From Sulfurimonadaceae bacterium (GTDB lineage Bacteria > Campylobacterota > Campylobacteria > Campylobacterales > Sulfurimonadaceae): 64,000 bases of DNA. Of this stretch, positions 31,310 to 40,236 are shown one piece after another. The notes below the pieces were generated by a model, which saw nothing but the letters and a program-made list of their open reading frames with translations, was not told the DNA's origin and did no database searches. The stretch is taken from NCBI GenBank assembly GCA_041571435.1, contig JBFFUI010000003.1, positions 1 through 64,000 on the forward strand, in the 5' to 3' direction. The first letter of the stretch is position 1; each line of letters begins with the position of its first letter. The translations under genes and the position numbers were made by a program.

Positions 31310-32614
31310 CTAAAAAGGTTTTAGGCTAAAACGCCGGTATCCCCATAGAAACGCCAGCAAACCGAGTACTGCCATATAGACATCCCGCTTATAGACGATG
31401 AAACTGTTGGTAAGGGTCACCCGTGTTCTCGGGACACCCATACGAGCCGGGATGACACGCTGTACCCAGGCATAGTGCTTGTCACGGACCAAGACTTTGT
31501 TCCACATCACCCTGCCCACCTTTTTCACATCAGTCAGCAGCATCAGGCGGCCGCTGTCCAGCGTGAAAAGTTCCTTTGAGACGGTAGAAGGGCGTTCGTA
31601 AAATGGTGTGTTGTCCTTGACGACACTGACAATAAGATGTTCTGTCTTGTAATAGACATCTTCGGCATAGGGCAGATAGCTTTTCGAGACCGTCGGCAAA
31701 AGAAAATAGAGGGCCATGAACACGATGCCGCCGGCAAAGCTTCCTTTGAGAAACTTGAACACCCAGTGCGGTATGACCTGCACGTTCATACGCCGGTACA
31801 AAACGGCAGCCGCTACGAAAAAGAGGGCGACCGGGATGTAGATATACATCTTTAACACAAGCCCGGGATTCAAGATCAACGTGGAGAGGTATTCGCTGTC
31901 AGCGATGAAATAGCGCAGGTAGCGGGTGTAAAAAAAGTACGCAAACACCAGCAGTGAAAGAAAGTAGACCAACACCTCCATTTTCTGCTTTGAGGATATC
32001 GGGACAAAGGCATTGGCCTCCTGCCCCTTAAGCATCTCATCGCGTTCTTCCCACTTGCAGAGAAAAAGCGCCATCTTGCGTTTTTTCCCTTTGGGGACAA
32101 AGCTCTCCCCCTTTACAAACGTAAAGCCCTGCTCTGTCAACGCTTTGCGCGTATAGCTTGAGACGGCGATCTCATTGCCCTTGGCCTGCTGTTCGACACG
32201 CGCCGCGACATTGACGATATCGCCATAGACATCGTCTTGTTCAACGATGGCCTCTCCCGTATGGATACCGATACGGATCTTGATCGGAAAACCGGCATCC
32301 TTCGTGCGTTCCCGTCGAAGCGCTTGCTGCATGGCGATCGCTGCTGAGAGGGCCTCTTCAGGCCGTTTGAACATCGCCATGATGGAGTCACCTATGGTCT
32401 TGATGATCCTGCCCCGAAACTTTTTGACCAGCGGAAAGAGGATCCTGTTGTGACGGTCCACCATCAACCGCCCTTTGACGTCACCATGTTTATGCCAATA
32501 CTCGGTGGAGTCCTCAATGTCCGTAAACAGGATGGTCGCCTCTTTTTTGGACCGTGAGATCCGGTGCGTCATACTTTTTGTCAGTTCACTCTGTTCTTTT
32601 TTAGGCATAAACAC
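31310..32614 (-). CDS. class III adenylate/guanylate cyclase with TM segments and SH3b-like region
   Basis: LFTDIEDST, IKTIGDSIMA, RIGIHTG, DVYGDIVNVAARVE; then hydrophobic helices. Confidence 0.88.
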   Translation of the reverse strand: MFMPKKEQSELTKSMTHRISRSKKEATILFTDIEDSTEYWHKHGDVKGRLMVDRHNRILFPLVKKFRGRIIKTIGDSIMAMFKRPEEALSAAIAMQQALRRERTKDAGFPIKIRIGIHTGEAIVEQDDVYGDIVNVAARVEQQAKGNEIAVSSYTRKALTEQGFTFVKGESFVPKGKKRKMALFLCKWEERDEMLKGQEANAFVPISSKQKMEVLVYFLSLLVFAYFFYTRYLRYFIADSEYLSTLILNPGLVLKMYIYIPVALFFVAAAVLYRRMNVQVIPHWVFKFLKGSFAGGIVFMALYFLLPTVSKSYLPYAEDVYYKTEHLIVSVVKDNTPFYERPSTVSKELFTLDSGRLMLLTDVKKVGRVMWNKVLVRDKHYAWVQRVIPARMGVPRTRVTLTNSFIVYKRDVYMAVLGLLAFLWGYRRFSLKPF

Positions 32615-32797
32615 TCATTCATCATCTGCCGTTTCGGCATTTATCCCTGTTATTGTACACACTAAACCTTTACAGGTATCTCCAACTGCCTGACACCAAA
32701 GGCAGACCCATCTAAAAAGCATAAAATCCAATAACTTTATGCCGTCAAAGGAAAATAAAAGGAATTGCCTAATATAATTCCAGCCTTTCAACACGAT

Positions 32798-32874
32798 GTC
32801 AAGGTAGCTCAGCTGGTTAGAGCACTGGTCTCATAAGCCGGGGGTCGGGGGTTCAAGTCCCCCCTTTGACACCA
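32798..32874 (+). tRNA. tRNA with CAT anticodon (elongator Met or Ile2)
   Basis: GTCAAGG/CTTTGAC acceptor stem, TAGCTCAGCTGGTTAGAGC D-arm, CTGGT-CTCATAA-GCCGG anticodon arm, GGTTCAAGTCC T-arm, ACCA end. Confidence 0.96.
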
Positions 32875-33220
32875 TCAATCAATAAACCTCAAAATTTCGG
32901 ACTTTACTTTTTAAGAATAGCTTACTGTGCCCAGAGTGTGCCCAAAAGTGTCAACTGAGAAGCTTCTCTTTCAGAAATAATCCACGTTTAACATTCTCCC
33001 TTTTATATACCAAGTATAAAGATATAATAAATTTTGTAATCAATAAATACCTCTAATGCTTCGTACTGTTTTCCAAACTTAAACTCTTGAATATATTGTC
33101 AAGTTTATAGGTGACATTCCATACACTTGTTGTTAACTACTTATATCTCACATTAATTTTTTTACATTTTCATGTGTTATAGTGATTATATATAATTATT
33201 TTCCAGTAAAGGTATTTGTA

Positions 33221-34177
33221 ATGTTGGATATTGATACAAAAAAAGCTATTAATGCTATTGAACAATATATAAATGACCTTATGAAAGAAAAAAACAAAAG
33301 CCATATAGTTTTTGGACTAAGTGGTGGCATAGATTCTGCTGTTTTGGCCGTATTGGCTGTGAGAGCAGTTGGAGCGGACAATGTTAAAGCCTACTATCTT
33401 AAAGATCGTGATAGTGAAAAAGACTCACAGATAAAGGCCCAACTTATTGCAGATTGGCTTGGTTTTGAGCTAGTAGTTCAAGATATTTCACCGGTAATGC
33501 ATGAAGATGGTGTCTACTCTCCGCTGATTATGTACATAAGTACTATATCGCATTTCATTAATCGTATGATTCAAAGGTCCTACTGTCTGCTTTTTAGAGA
33601 AACACCGCACAAATCAACTCTAAAAGAAGGTTGCGGTGAATTTGGTAATAATCCTTTAAAGCGCCTTGTATTCAACCTGAGTATACGCCATCTCGAAAAA
33701 GGTTTTAATGCTCGGCATATTCATCGCCGTAAAGTAATTGAAAAAATTGCGCAGGAAAATAATTACCTTATACTTGGTGCAGCTAATCGATCAGAAAGTA
33801 TGGTTGGTTGGTTTGTAAAAGACGGGATTGATGATATGCCGATTCAACCACTGATTGGTCTATATAAAACACAAGTATGGCAGTTAGCAGACTATCTTGA
33901 ATTACCACCAAAAATTCGACATCAGGAGCCATCGCCGGACATGATGAAAGGTATTACCGATGAATTTGCAATAGGTATGAGTTACAACAGGCTGGATGAA
34001 ATTTTGGACTATCTAGATCGCGGTTTAGACGAGAGCGAGATTATAGCTCTTGGTGTTACACCAAAAGAGCTAAAACATGTCATAGACATTCACAGACTCT
34101 CGGCATGGAAACGTGATTCTGAACATGTTGAACCACCACTTGATGGCACTACCAACAGTTCATATAGGGTAGATTAG
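33221..34177 (+). CDS. divergent NH3-dependent NAD(+) synthetase-like protein
   Basis: VFGLSGGIDSAV, ANRSE..VGWFVKDG.DD, PLIGLYKTQVWQLA.YL, PSPD...G.TDE...G..Y; ATG at 33221 after AAAGG. Confidence 0.8.
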   Translation: MLDIDTKKAINAIEQYINDLMKEKNKSHIVFGLSGGIDSAVLAVLAVRAVGADNVKAYYLKDRDSEKDSQIKAQLIADWLGFELVVQDISPVMHEDGVYSPLIMYISTISHFINRMIQRSYCLLFRETPHKSTLKEGCGEFGNNPLKRLVFNLSIRHLEKGFNARHIHRRKVIEKIAQENNYLILGAANRSESMVGWFVKDGIDDMPIQPLIGLYKTQVWQLADYLELPPKIRHQEPSPDMMKGITDEFAIGMSYNRLDEILDYLDRGLDESEIIALGVTPKELKHVIDIHRLSAWKRDSEHVEPPLDGTTNSSYRVD

Positions 34178-34264
34178 AAAATAAAAGCTATAGCTACATC
34201 CCTGTGAGTTACAATTTAATGTAAAACCTGCTGCATTCGTACTACATTTAAGCTTCTTATGATC

Positions 34265-34390
34265 TTAACCATTGATGATGACGAGAGGGACACCCTTGCC
34301 GTTATATAGACGGAAAAGCCGTCTCCCCTCTGGTTTGAACTTGATATCGTATTCGATGTAGGTAATACTGTTGGTGATGAAAAAAATATG
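34265..34390 (-). pseudogene. glutaredoxin-like gene remnant
   Basis: Minus-strand translation FFITNSITYIEYDIKFKPEGRRLFRLYNGKGVPLVIING*, with a YD...G.GVP.I.ING pattern; no start codon and no CxxC in frame. Confidence 0.5.
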
Positions 34391-34468
34391 ATTTACTGTG
34401 CCAAAATTCTATATTCAACCTATCCCCTTGTTTTTAAATACAAACTATATTCTCTTCGACTAATTATA

Positions 34469-34489
34469 CTTTAGTCTTAGTGACTAAGA
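34469..34489 (+). promoter_or_regulatory. HAIR-like inverted repeat (putative HspR operator) upstream of groES
   Basis: CTTTAGT-N7-ACTAAGA (core TTAGTC-N5-GACTAA) directly upstream of the -35; resembles HAIR CTTGAGT-N7-ACTCAAG. Confidence 0.55.
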
Positions 34490-34492
34490 GTG

Positions 34493-34521
34493 TTGACTTG
34501 TTGTCTATTTTTATGTAATAT
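34493..34521 (+). promoter_or_regulatory. sigma70-type groESL promoter
   Basis: TTGACT-N17-TAATAT. Confidence 0.6.
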
Positions 34522-34557
34522 TTCAGCATTAAAAATAGACCTATATAAAGGATACAC

Positions 34558-34818
34558 ATGAACTTTCAACCTCTAGGAAAACGTGTTTTGGTAGAGCGAA
34601 CAGAAGAAGCTAAAACGACTGCATCCGGGATCATTATTCCTGACAGCGCAACGGAAAAGCCGTCTCAGGGAAAAGTCGTAGCTGTATCTGCCGAAGTCGA
34701 CAATGTCAACGTTGAGGATGTCGTCGTATTTGGAAAGTATGCAGGCAACGAGTTTAAAGTCGGCGGTGAAACGTATCTTATCATCGATGTTGAAGACCTA
34801 TTTGGTATCATCAAGTAA
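34558..34818 (+). CDS. groES: co-chaperonin GroES
   Basis: [33 protein letters not shown]. Confidence 0.98.
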   Translation: MNFQPLGKRVLVERTEEAKTTASGIIIPDSATEKPSQGKVVAVSAEVDNVNVEDVVVFGKYAGNEFKVGGETYLIIDVEDLFGIIK

Positions 34819-34852
34819 TCTAAACACTATATAAACAGGAGAACTAAACATT

Positions 34853-36490
34853 ATGGCAAAAGAGATCCACTATTCAGACAACGCACGCAACGCCTTGGCA
34901 GAAGGCGTTCAAAAACTTACCGATGCGGTAAAAGTCACAATGGGACCACGCGGTCGTAACGTCCTTATCCAACGCTCATACGGCGCACCGGTCATCACCA
35001 AAGACGGTGTCTCGGTCGCTCGTGAGATCGAGTTGGAAAACCCGCTTGAAGACATGGGTGCACAACTGGTCAAACAGGTATCTGCCAACACAGCAGATGA
35101 AGCGGGTGACGGTACGACAACAGCGACTGTTCTTGCAAATGCTATCTTCTCTGAAGGTCTTCGCAACATCACTGCCGGAGCGAACCCGGTCGAAGTAAAA
35201 CGCGGTATGGACAAGGCCATGGCGGAGATCTTGACACACCTTACTGCCGCGTCGATGAAAGTTGCCGGTAAAAAAGAGATCGCACAGGTCGCCAGTATCT
35301 CGGCGAATTCTGACACAACTATCGGCGATATGATCGCTGAAGCGATGGACAAAGTAGGTCAGGACGGTGTCATCACCGTTGAAGAGGCCAAAGGTATCAG
35401 CGATGAGCTTGACGTGGTTGAAGGTATGCAGTTTGACCGCGGGTACCTAAGCCCATACTTCATCACTAACACGGAGAAGATGACGGCCGAGATCGAACAG
35501 CCTTTCATCCTTATGTTCGACGGCAAGATCTCCAACCTCAAAGATATCCTTCCGGTTCTTGAGCAGGTCCAAAAGACAAACCGTCCGATGCTGATCATCG
35601 CCGAAGATGTCGAGGGTGAAGCCCTTGCTACACTGGTCGTCAACAAAATGCGCGGTATCCTGAACATCACGGCAGTCAAAGCTCCGGGCTTCGGTGACCG
35701 TCGTAAAGCGATGCTCCAGGATATCGCGATCCTGACAGGCGGACAGATCATCTCTGAAGAGATCGGCCGTACGTTAGAGTCTACAACGATCCAGGACCTT
35801 GGTCAGGCATCACGTGTTGTCATCGACAAAGACAACACGGTTATCGTAAACGGTATTGGTTCAAAAGAGGCAGTTGCATCGCGTATCACTGAGATCAAAA
35901 CGCAGATGGAGACAACGTCATCAGAGTATGACAAAGAGAAGCTTCAGGAGCGTCTGGCAAAACTTTCCGGCGGTGTTGCTGTCATCAAAGTCGGTGCTGC
36001 GACTGAGACGGAAATGAAAGAGAAGAAAGACCGTGTAGACGATGCCCTTGCTGCAACCAAAGCGGCTGTCGAAGAAGGCATCATCATCGGTGGTGGGGCA
36101 GCCCTTGTCCGCGCTGCTGCCAAAGTGTCTCTTCCAGAACTCGAAGGCGACCAGAAGATCGGTTGTGAGATCATCCTTCGCGCAGTCAAAGCGCCGATCA
36201 AACAGATCGCTGTTAATGCCGGTTTTGATGCCGGTGTCGTAGTGAACGCGATCGAAAACGCGGAGAGCGATACACTGGGATTCAATGCTGCTACAGGCGA
36301 GTATGTTGATATGTTCAAAGAAGGTATTATCGATCCGCTGAAAGTGGCGCGTGTTGCTCTGACAAACGCGACATCGGTTGCGAGCATGCTTCTTACAACA
36401 GAGGCGACGATCCACCCTATCCCGGAACCGGCGGCACCTGCCGGCGGTGACATGGGCGGCGGAATGCCGGGCATGCCGGGTATGATGTGA
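34853..36490 (+). CDS. groEL: chaperonin GroEL
   Basis: [42 protein letters not shown]-rich tail. Confidence 0.99.
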   Translation: MAKEIHYSDNARNALAEGVQKLTDAVKVTMGPRGRNVLIQRSYGAPVITKDGVSVAREIELENPLEDMGAQLVKQVSANTADEAGDGTTTATVLANAIFSEGLRNITAGANPVEVKRGMDKAMAEILTHLTAASMKVAGKKEIAQVASISANSDTTIGDMIAEAMDKVGQDGVITVEEAKGISDELDVVEGMQFDRGYLSPYFITNTEKMTAEIEQPFILMFDGKISNLKDILPVLEQVQKTNRPMLIIAEDVEGEALATLVVNKMRGILNITAVKAPGFGDRRKAMLQDIAILTGGQIISEEIGRTLESTTIQDLGQASRVVIDKDNTVIVNGIGSKEAVASRITEIKTQMETTSSEYDKEKLQERLAKLSGGVAVIKVGAATETEMKEKKDRVDDALAATKAAVEEGIIIGGGAALVRAAAKVSLPELEGDQKIGCEIILRAVKAPIKQIAVNAGFDAGVVVNAIENAESDTLGFNAATGEYVDMFKEGIIDPLKVARVALTNATSVASMLLTTEATIHPIPEPAAPAGGDMGGGMPGMPGMM

Positions 36491-36532
36491 GTTCGGAAAA
36501 ATAAACGTGAACTGCTTCACGTTTATCCGAAC
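36491..36532 (+). terminator. strong hairpin immediately after groEL stop
   Basis: GTTCGGA-AAA-ATAAACGTGAA-CTGC-TTCACGTTTAT-CCGAAC; lacks a poly-T tail. Confidence 0.5.
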
Positions 36533-36533
36533 G

Positions 36534-36728
36534 AAACCAAAAGCGATGTACCAGAGGTACCGCTGGCGGCTTAAACATTAATAGTTAACTCCTTAATAAA
36601 TGACTATTTCTTGTCATTTGTAGAGTCGGAACCAAAGCCTATGTGCTTAGTACAGGGGACGGAGTCCACTTCAAGCCAACTGCCCTAAAGAAACATCCTT
36701 CGGAGCGTTTTACTTGTTTTGGTTTTTT
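36534..36728 (+). ncRNA. candidate structured ncRNA (~190 nt, 6S-like rod)
   Basis: Nested complementary blocks: AAACCAAAA/TTTTGGTTT, GATGT/ACATC, GGCTT/AAGCC, ACTCC/GGAGT, AAATGAC/GTCATTT; no ORF in the track; strand inferred from the 3' hairpin plus T run. Confidence 0.5.
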
Positions 36729-36872
36729 TAGCGTTCACACCATAATTTGATATGCAAAGCATCAGATGACGGAGTATAAATGACAGCGGTGTGTCATCTC
36801 TAGAACCTCTTAAAATATCTTTCCCTGCTTTACAATCTGAAATACAATTAATCGCACAAACTATAAAATTTT

Positions 36873-37409
36873 TTAACAGCAGCTCGACGGAGCTTCTGTA
36901 CTGAAAAAGTTTACTTTAGGCTCTTCCCAGCTGATACCGTGATCAGCTAGAAAATCTTTAACATCTTCTGTGCAACAGACCCCTTTTGGGTTGGACTTTT
37001 CACAAAATGATTTACCTTCGGCGATGATCGCTTTCACCGTTGCTGCAATATTTGGCTCGCTCTTCTCTATCATCTCCAGGACATCTCTTTTGAGTAGCTT
37101 TTTACAGTAGCAAAGAGGGGTCTTAGGATCGTCATTTTTAAGTGCCACTTTTGATTTGACATCCTCTTCTGAAAATGTCTCCGCAGCGTCGTTCGAATAG
37201 TAGACAGTGTGGCATTTTGGATGCGTACAGAAACTGAAATCATCGATCGATGAAGCCATGGTGCCAAGCTTCTCTTTCTTGAGCTGTGACTTGACGGTTA
37301 TTGCTTTGACTTTGATCCCTATTGTTCCACAATCAGGGCAAGCATTCAACGCCTTACTTTCTGTCGAACATCCGCATGATTGGGTATTGTTCTTAACGGT
37401 AAAGATCAT
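36873..37409 (-). CDS. Cys-rich putative Fe-S/Zn metallochaperone (CopZ N-terminal/BFD-like)
   Basis: CPDC...V...TVK, FC..P.C..VYY, PLCYC, CE..NP.G.CC. Confidence 0.8.
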   Translation of the reverse strand: MIFTVKNNTQSCGCSTESKALNACPDCGTIGIKVKAITVKSQLKKEKLGTMASSIDDFSFCTHPKCHTVYYSNDAAETFSEEDVKSKVALKNDDPKTPLCYCKKLLKRDVLEMIEKSEPNIAATVKAIIAEGKSFCEKSNPKGVCCTEDVKDFLADHGISWEEPKVNFFSTEAPSSCC

Positions 37410-37424
37410 TTTTCGCTCCTTTAA

Positions 37425-38729
37425 CTATTGATCAGGCGGTATGAACATCACCACTCGCTTCTCCATCTTTGAGAGGTCGAATTCAACGATCTCATGGGCA
37501 TTGCTATTGGCGATATAAAGCGCACACCCTCTTTTACTGATGCCGCTCGGTTCATCCAGCCCTTCAATGAGCGTTCGTATTGACTGATCGTCAGGAAAGT
37601 AGGCTTTGACCTTGTTATTGAAGGTGTCGGCGATAAAGAGGCGCCCACCGCCACAGCCGTCACCGATAATGCCCGCACAGATGCCCTGCGGATGCTGCAG
37701 CAGTATCTCGTCCTCGCTGCTGTCGCCATAGGTAAAGAGCCCCTCGCCTATCAGCGTGGTGACCTCATCCTTTTCGATTTTCCGCAGTGATGAGCTTTCG
37801 GCATCGACAAACCAAAGCACACCGTCCATCACTACGACCCCGGAGGGCTGGGCCAGCTGACAGGCATCTGCCCTGCCGTCGCGCAAGGCTTCAAAACGGT
37901 TGCCGTATGTCTCTTTCAGTTCCAGTGTCTCCCGATCATAGACAAGCATCTGGTGTGAACCAGCCGAAGCGACTATAAGCCGCTTCCCGTCGACGGCGAG
38001 GTCATAAGGGTTGCGCAACGCCTCTATGAGCCTCTTTTTCTCTTTTGTCTCAAGGTTATAGCATGTGATCGTGCCGGAACCGCTTTCGCAGATATAGAGA
38101 AGCCCGTCTGCATACGCCATCCCCATCGGATGCGCCAGACCTTCAATAACACCAAACACACGTCCCTCATAATCACTCAACCAGACTTCGTTCGCATTAG
38201 TATTGGCAACGGCTAGAAATGTGGGTGCGGCTAGAACCTTTTGCGGGAAGGTAAGCTTTTTGCCACCCTCTTTTTGCTCCGGCCTTTCCATACTCGCCTG
38301 CAGACCGCAGGATGAGAACCGTCCTCTCCACTCCGGAAGTCTCTGCTCTCCGCTGGCGTGGTGGACAATATAGCCTCTGTTGTCGATAAGGATCGTCGTC
38401 GGCCACCCTTTGACTGCATACGCATCGGCAATAATATGTTCAGGGTCATTCACCACAGCAAACACAATACCCTCACGCAGCAGTGCCTCTTTGAGCGCCT
38501 CCAGCTCTTTTTCATGCGCGAACTTGCCCGTATGGACACCGATGACGCACAGGTCTCTGCCGTAGCTTGCATGCAGGGCTTTGACGGTCTGAAGGTTGTT
38601 CAGGCAGTTGATACAACCGAAGGTAAAAAAGTCGAGGAGGATATACCGGCCTCTCAGCTCGGAGATGAACAGCGGATTGCTGTTCAACCAGTCAAGGCCT
38701 TCAGCAAAAGCAGGCGCGCGGACGGCCAT
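37425..38729 (-). CDS. thioredoxin-like + NHL repeat protein
   Basis: LDFFTFGCINC, GVHTGKF..EK, Y.V.GWPT; NHL repeats (LAQPSG, LQHPQG, IADTFNNKVK); start at TAATG overlap. Confidence 0.88.
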   Translation of the reverse strand: MAVRAPAFAEGLDWLNSNPLFISELRGRYILLDFFTFGCINCLNNLQTVKALHASYGRDLCVIGVHTGKFAHEKELEALKEALLREGIVFAVVNDPEHIIADAYAVKGWPTTILIDNRGYIVHHASGEQRLPEWRGRFSSCGLQASMERPEQKEGGKKLTFPQKVLAAPTFLAVANTNANEVWLSDYEGRVFGVIEGLAHPMGMAYADGLLYICESGSGTITCYNLETKEKKRLIEALRNPYDLAVDGKRLIVASAGSHQMLVYDRETLELKETYGNRFEALRDGRADACQLAQPSGVVVMDGVLWFVDAESSSLRKIEKDEVTTLIGEGLFTYGDSSEDEILLQHPQGICAGIIGDGCGGGRLFIADTFNNKVKAYFPDDQSIRTLIEGLDEPSGISKRGCALYIANSNAHEIVEFDLSKMEKRVVMFIPPDQ

Positions 38730-39373
38730 TACTTGCCGGTCAGATGTTTGATGGCAAGCGAACACATCGTCAGGCCAAATGCCGCCGTCACTGCCATAAA
38801 GCTTCCTTTTACCTTAACATGCGGCGGTTCGGAACTGAAGATGACGGGATACTTTTTACTGAAGCGTCGTTTTTTCAACTCATACCGGATCTTTGAGGCA
38901 AAGCGGTCACCATGGGTCTTCCAGATGGTCGCCACCTCAATCTTTGTCGGATCAAGCCGTTTGGCAGAACCCGTCGCCGAGATTAGTTTTTTGTAGCACT
39001 TCTGTGCAAGAGCCAGCTTGGCCTGGGTATCGTCAATAGCGTCCAGAACAAGATCGTAGGGTTCAAAATCGAAGTTCTCGACCCACTCGGCATCGATCCG
39101 CTTCTCAATGGCGATAATCTCGGGATAGTGCTCTTTGAGACTCAGTACCTTTGACTCGCCGCAGTGATGTTCCGACCACATCTGGCGGTTCTGGTTACTT
39201 TCGTCATAGGTGTCAAAATCGATGATGGTGATATCACGGATACCTGTGCGATAGAGGCAGTCCAGACAGTAGGAACCGACGCCCCCGACACCGAGAAGCA
39301 GTATTTTCGCTTTTTCGATATCAGCGAACCCCTCGCCAAAAAGCATGCGGCTACGTTCAAATCTCACAGCCAC
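38729..39373 (-). CDS. tcdA: ThiF-family tRNA threonylcarbamoyladenosine dehydratase
   Basis: GVGGVGS, D.D....SNQNRQ, VLDAIDD, KRLDPTKI, IFSSE, GSFMAVTA.FG. Confidence 0.8.
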   Translation of the reverse strand: MAVRFERSRMLFGEGFADIEKAKILLLGVGGVGSYCLDCLYRTGIRDITIIDFDTYDESNQNRQMWSEHHCGESKVLSLKEHYPEIIAIEKRIDAEWVENFDFEPYDLVLDAIDDTQAKLALAQKCYKKLISATGSAKRLDPTKIEVATIWKTHGDRFASKIRYELKKRRFSKKYPVIFSSEPPHVKVKGSFMAVTAAFGLTMCSLAIKHLTGK

Positions 39374-40140
39374 TCCTCCAGTTGTTTCATCGACTTGTAG
39401 GCACTCAAATCAAGCTGGACCGGCGTCACGGAGACGAAACCCTGTTCGATCGCCTCGAAATCGGAAAGCATCTCGTTTCCATCCCGAGGTTTAAAGTCGA
39501 GCGGGTGAAGACCAAGCCAGTAGTACTCCATACCTCGAGGATTTCGGTGCAAGTGGGCATCATTACCGTAACAGCGGTAGCCCGCATAGGTCACTTTCAT
39601 CTCTGCCTCACTGACATTGTGCGGTATATTGACGTTCAAAAACTCACGCTCTGGCAGCGGAAACTCACCCTCGAATATCTTCCCGACCAGTTTCCTGATC
39701 GTATTCGTTGCCAGCGTAAAATCGGGAAGCGGCTGGGTAAAGTCCATCACCTGCGAGATCGCAATGGCAGGGACACCCTGAAGCACCGCCTCCATAGCAC
39801 CGGCAGCCGTGCCGGAGTAGGTAATATCCTCGCCCATATTTGAGCCTTTGTTGATGCCGCTGACGACAAGATCCGGTCTGTTCTCTTCAAACATCGAGTG
39901 CAGCGCCAGATAGATACAGTCGCTCGGCGTACCGTCTTCAAGCTTGTAAAAGTCATCTTCCAGACTAATGAAAGTCAGCGGATGGGCAAGCGTAAGCGAG
40001 TGGCCGCAGGCTGATTTTTCATTGGCAGGGGCAACAACAGTCACCCTGGCGATCTTGCGCAACTCGGCTATAAGAGCATGCAGAGCAGCGGATTCGTACC
40101 CGTCATCATTTGTCACTAGAATATGTTTATCTTTTTTCAT
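39364..40140 (-). CDS. surE: 5'/3'-nucleotidase SurE
   Basis: ILVTNDDG, VVAP..EKSA, DGTPSDC, SGIN.G.N.G.D..YSGT, SVTP. Confidence 0.96.
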   Translation of the reverse strand: MKKDKHILVTNDDGYESAALHALIAELRKIARVTVVAPANEKSACGHSLTLAHPLTFISLEDDFYKLEDGTPSDCIYLALHSMFEENRPDLVVSGINKGSNMGEDITYSGTAAGAMEAVLQGVPAIAISQVMDFTQPLPDFTLATNTIRKLVGKIFEGEFPLPEREFLNVNIPHNVSEAEMKVTYAGYRCYGNDAHLHRNPRGMEYYWLGLHPLDFKPRDGNEMLSDFEAIEQGFVSVTPVQLDLSAYKSMKQLEEWL

Positions 40141-40236
40141 ACCGGTATTATAACACTTAACTTCGAATTGGATTATGCTATAATCTTCTATTATCGAAGT
40201 ATTCAAGTCATATGTAGATAGAAATGCAGGTGGGAA

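Larger units (their letters stand above)
32922..34402. mobile_element. AT-rich genomic islet at tRNA 3' end, bounded by TTACTGTGCC direct repeats
   Basis: TTACTGTGCC at 32922-32931 and 34393-34402; extra TGTGCCCA at 32937; visibly AT-richer than flanks; no integrase seen. Confidence 0.5.

Noticed and set aside
31310-32614. Cyclase as a Pycsar/CBASS-type defence enzyme
   Set aside because: Adenine-specifying Lys present, membrane-bound architecture, and no effector gene adjacent.
32691-32698. TGACACCA copy of the tRNA 3' end as a possible att site
   Set aside because: Only 8 bp, upstream of the tRNA and in a hairpin loop; compatible with chance.
36534-36728. c-di-GMP, Moco or ribozyme identity for the post-groEL RNA
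   Set aside because: Diagnostic consensus elements not found, and it lies between convergent genes rather than 5' of one.
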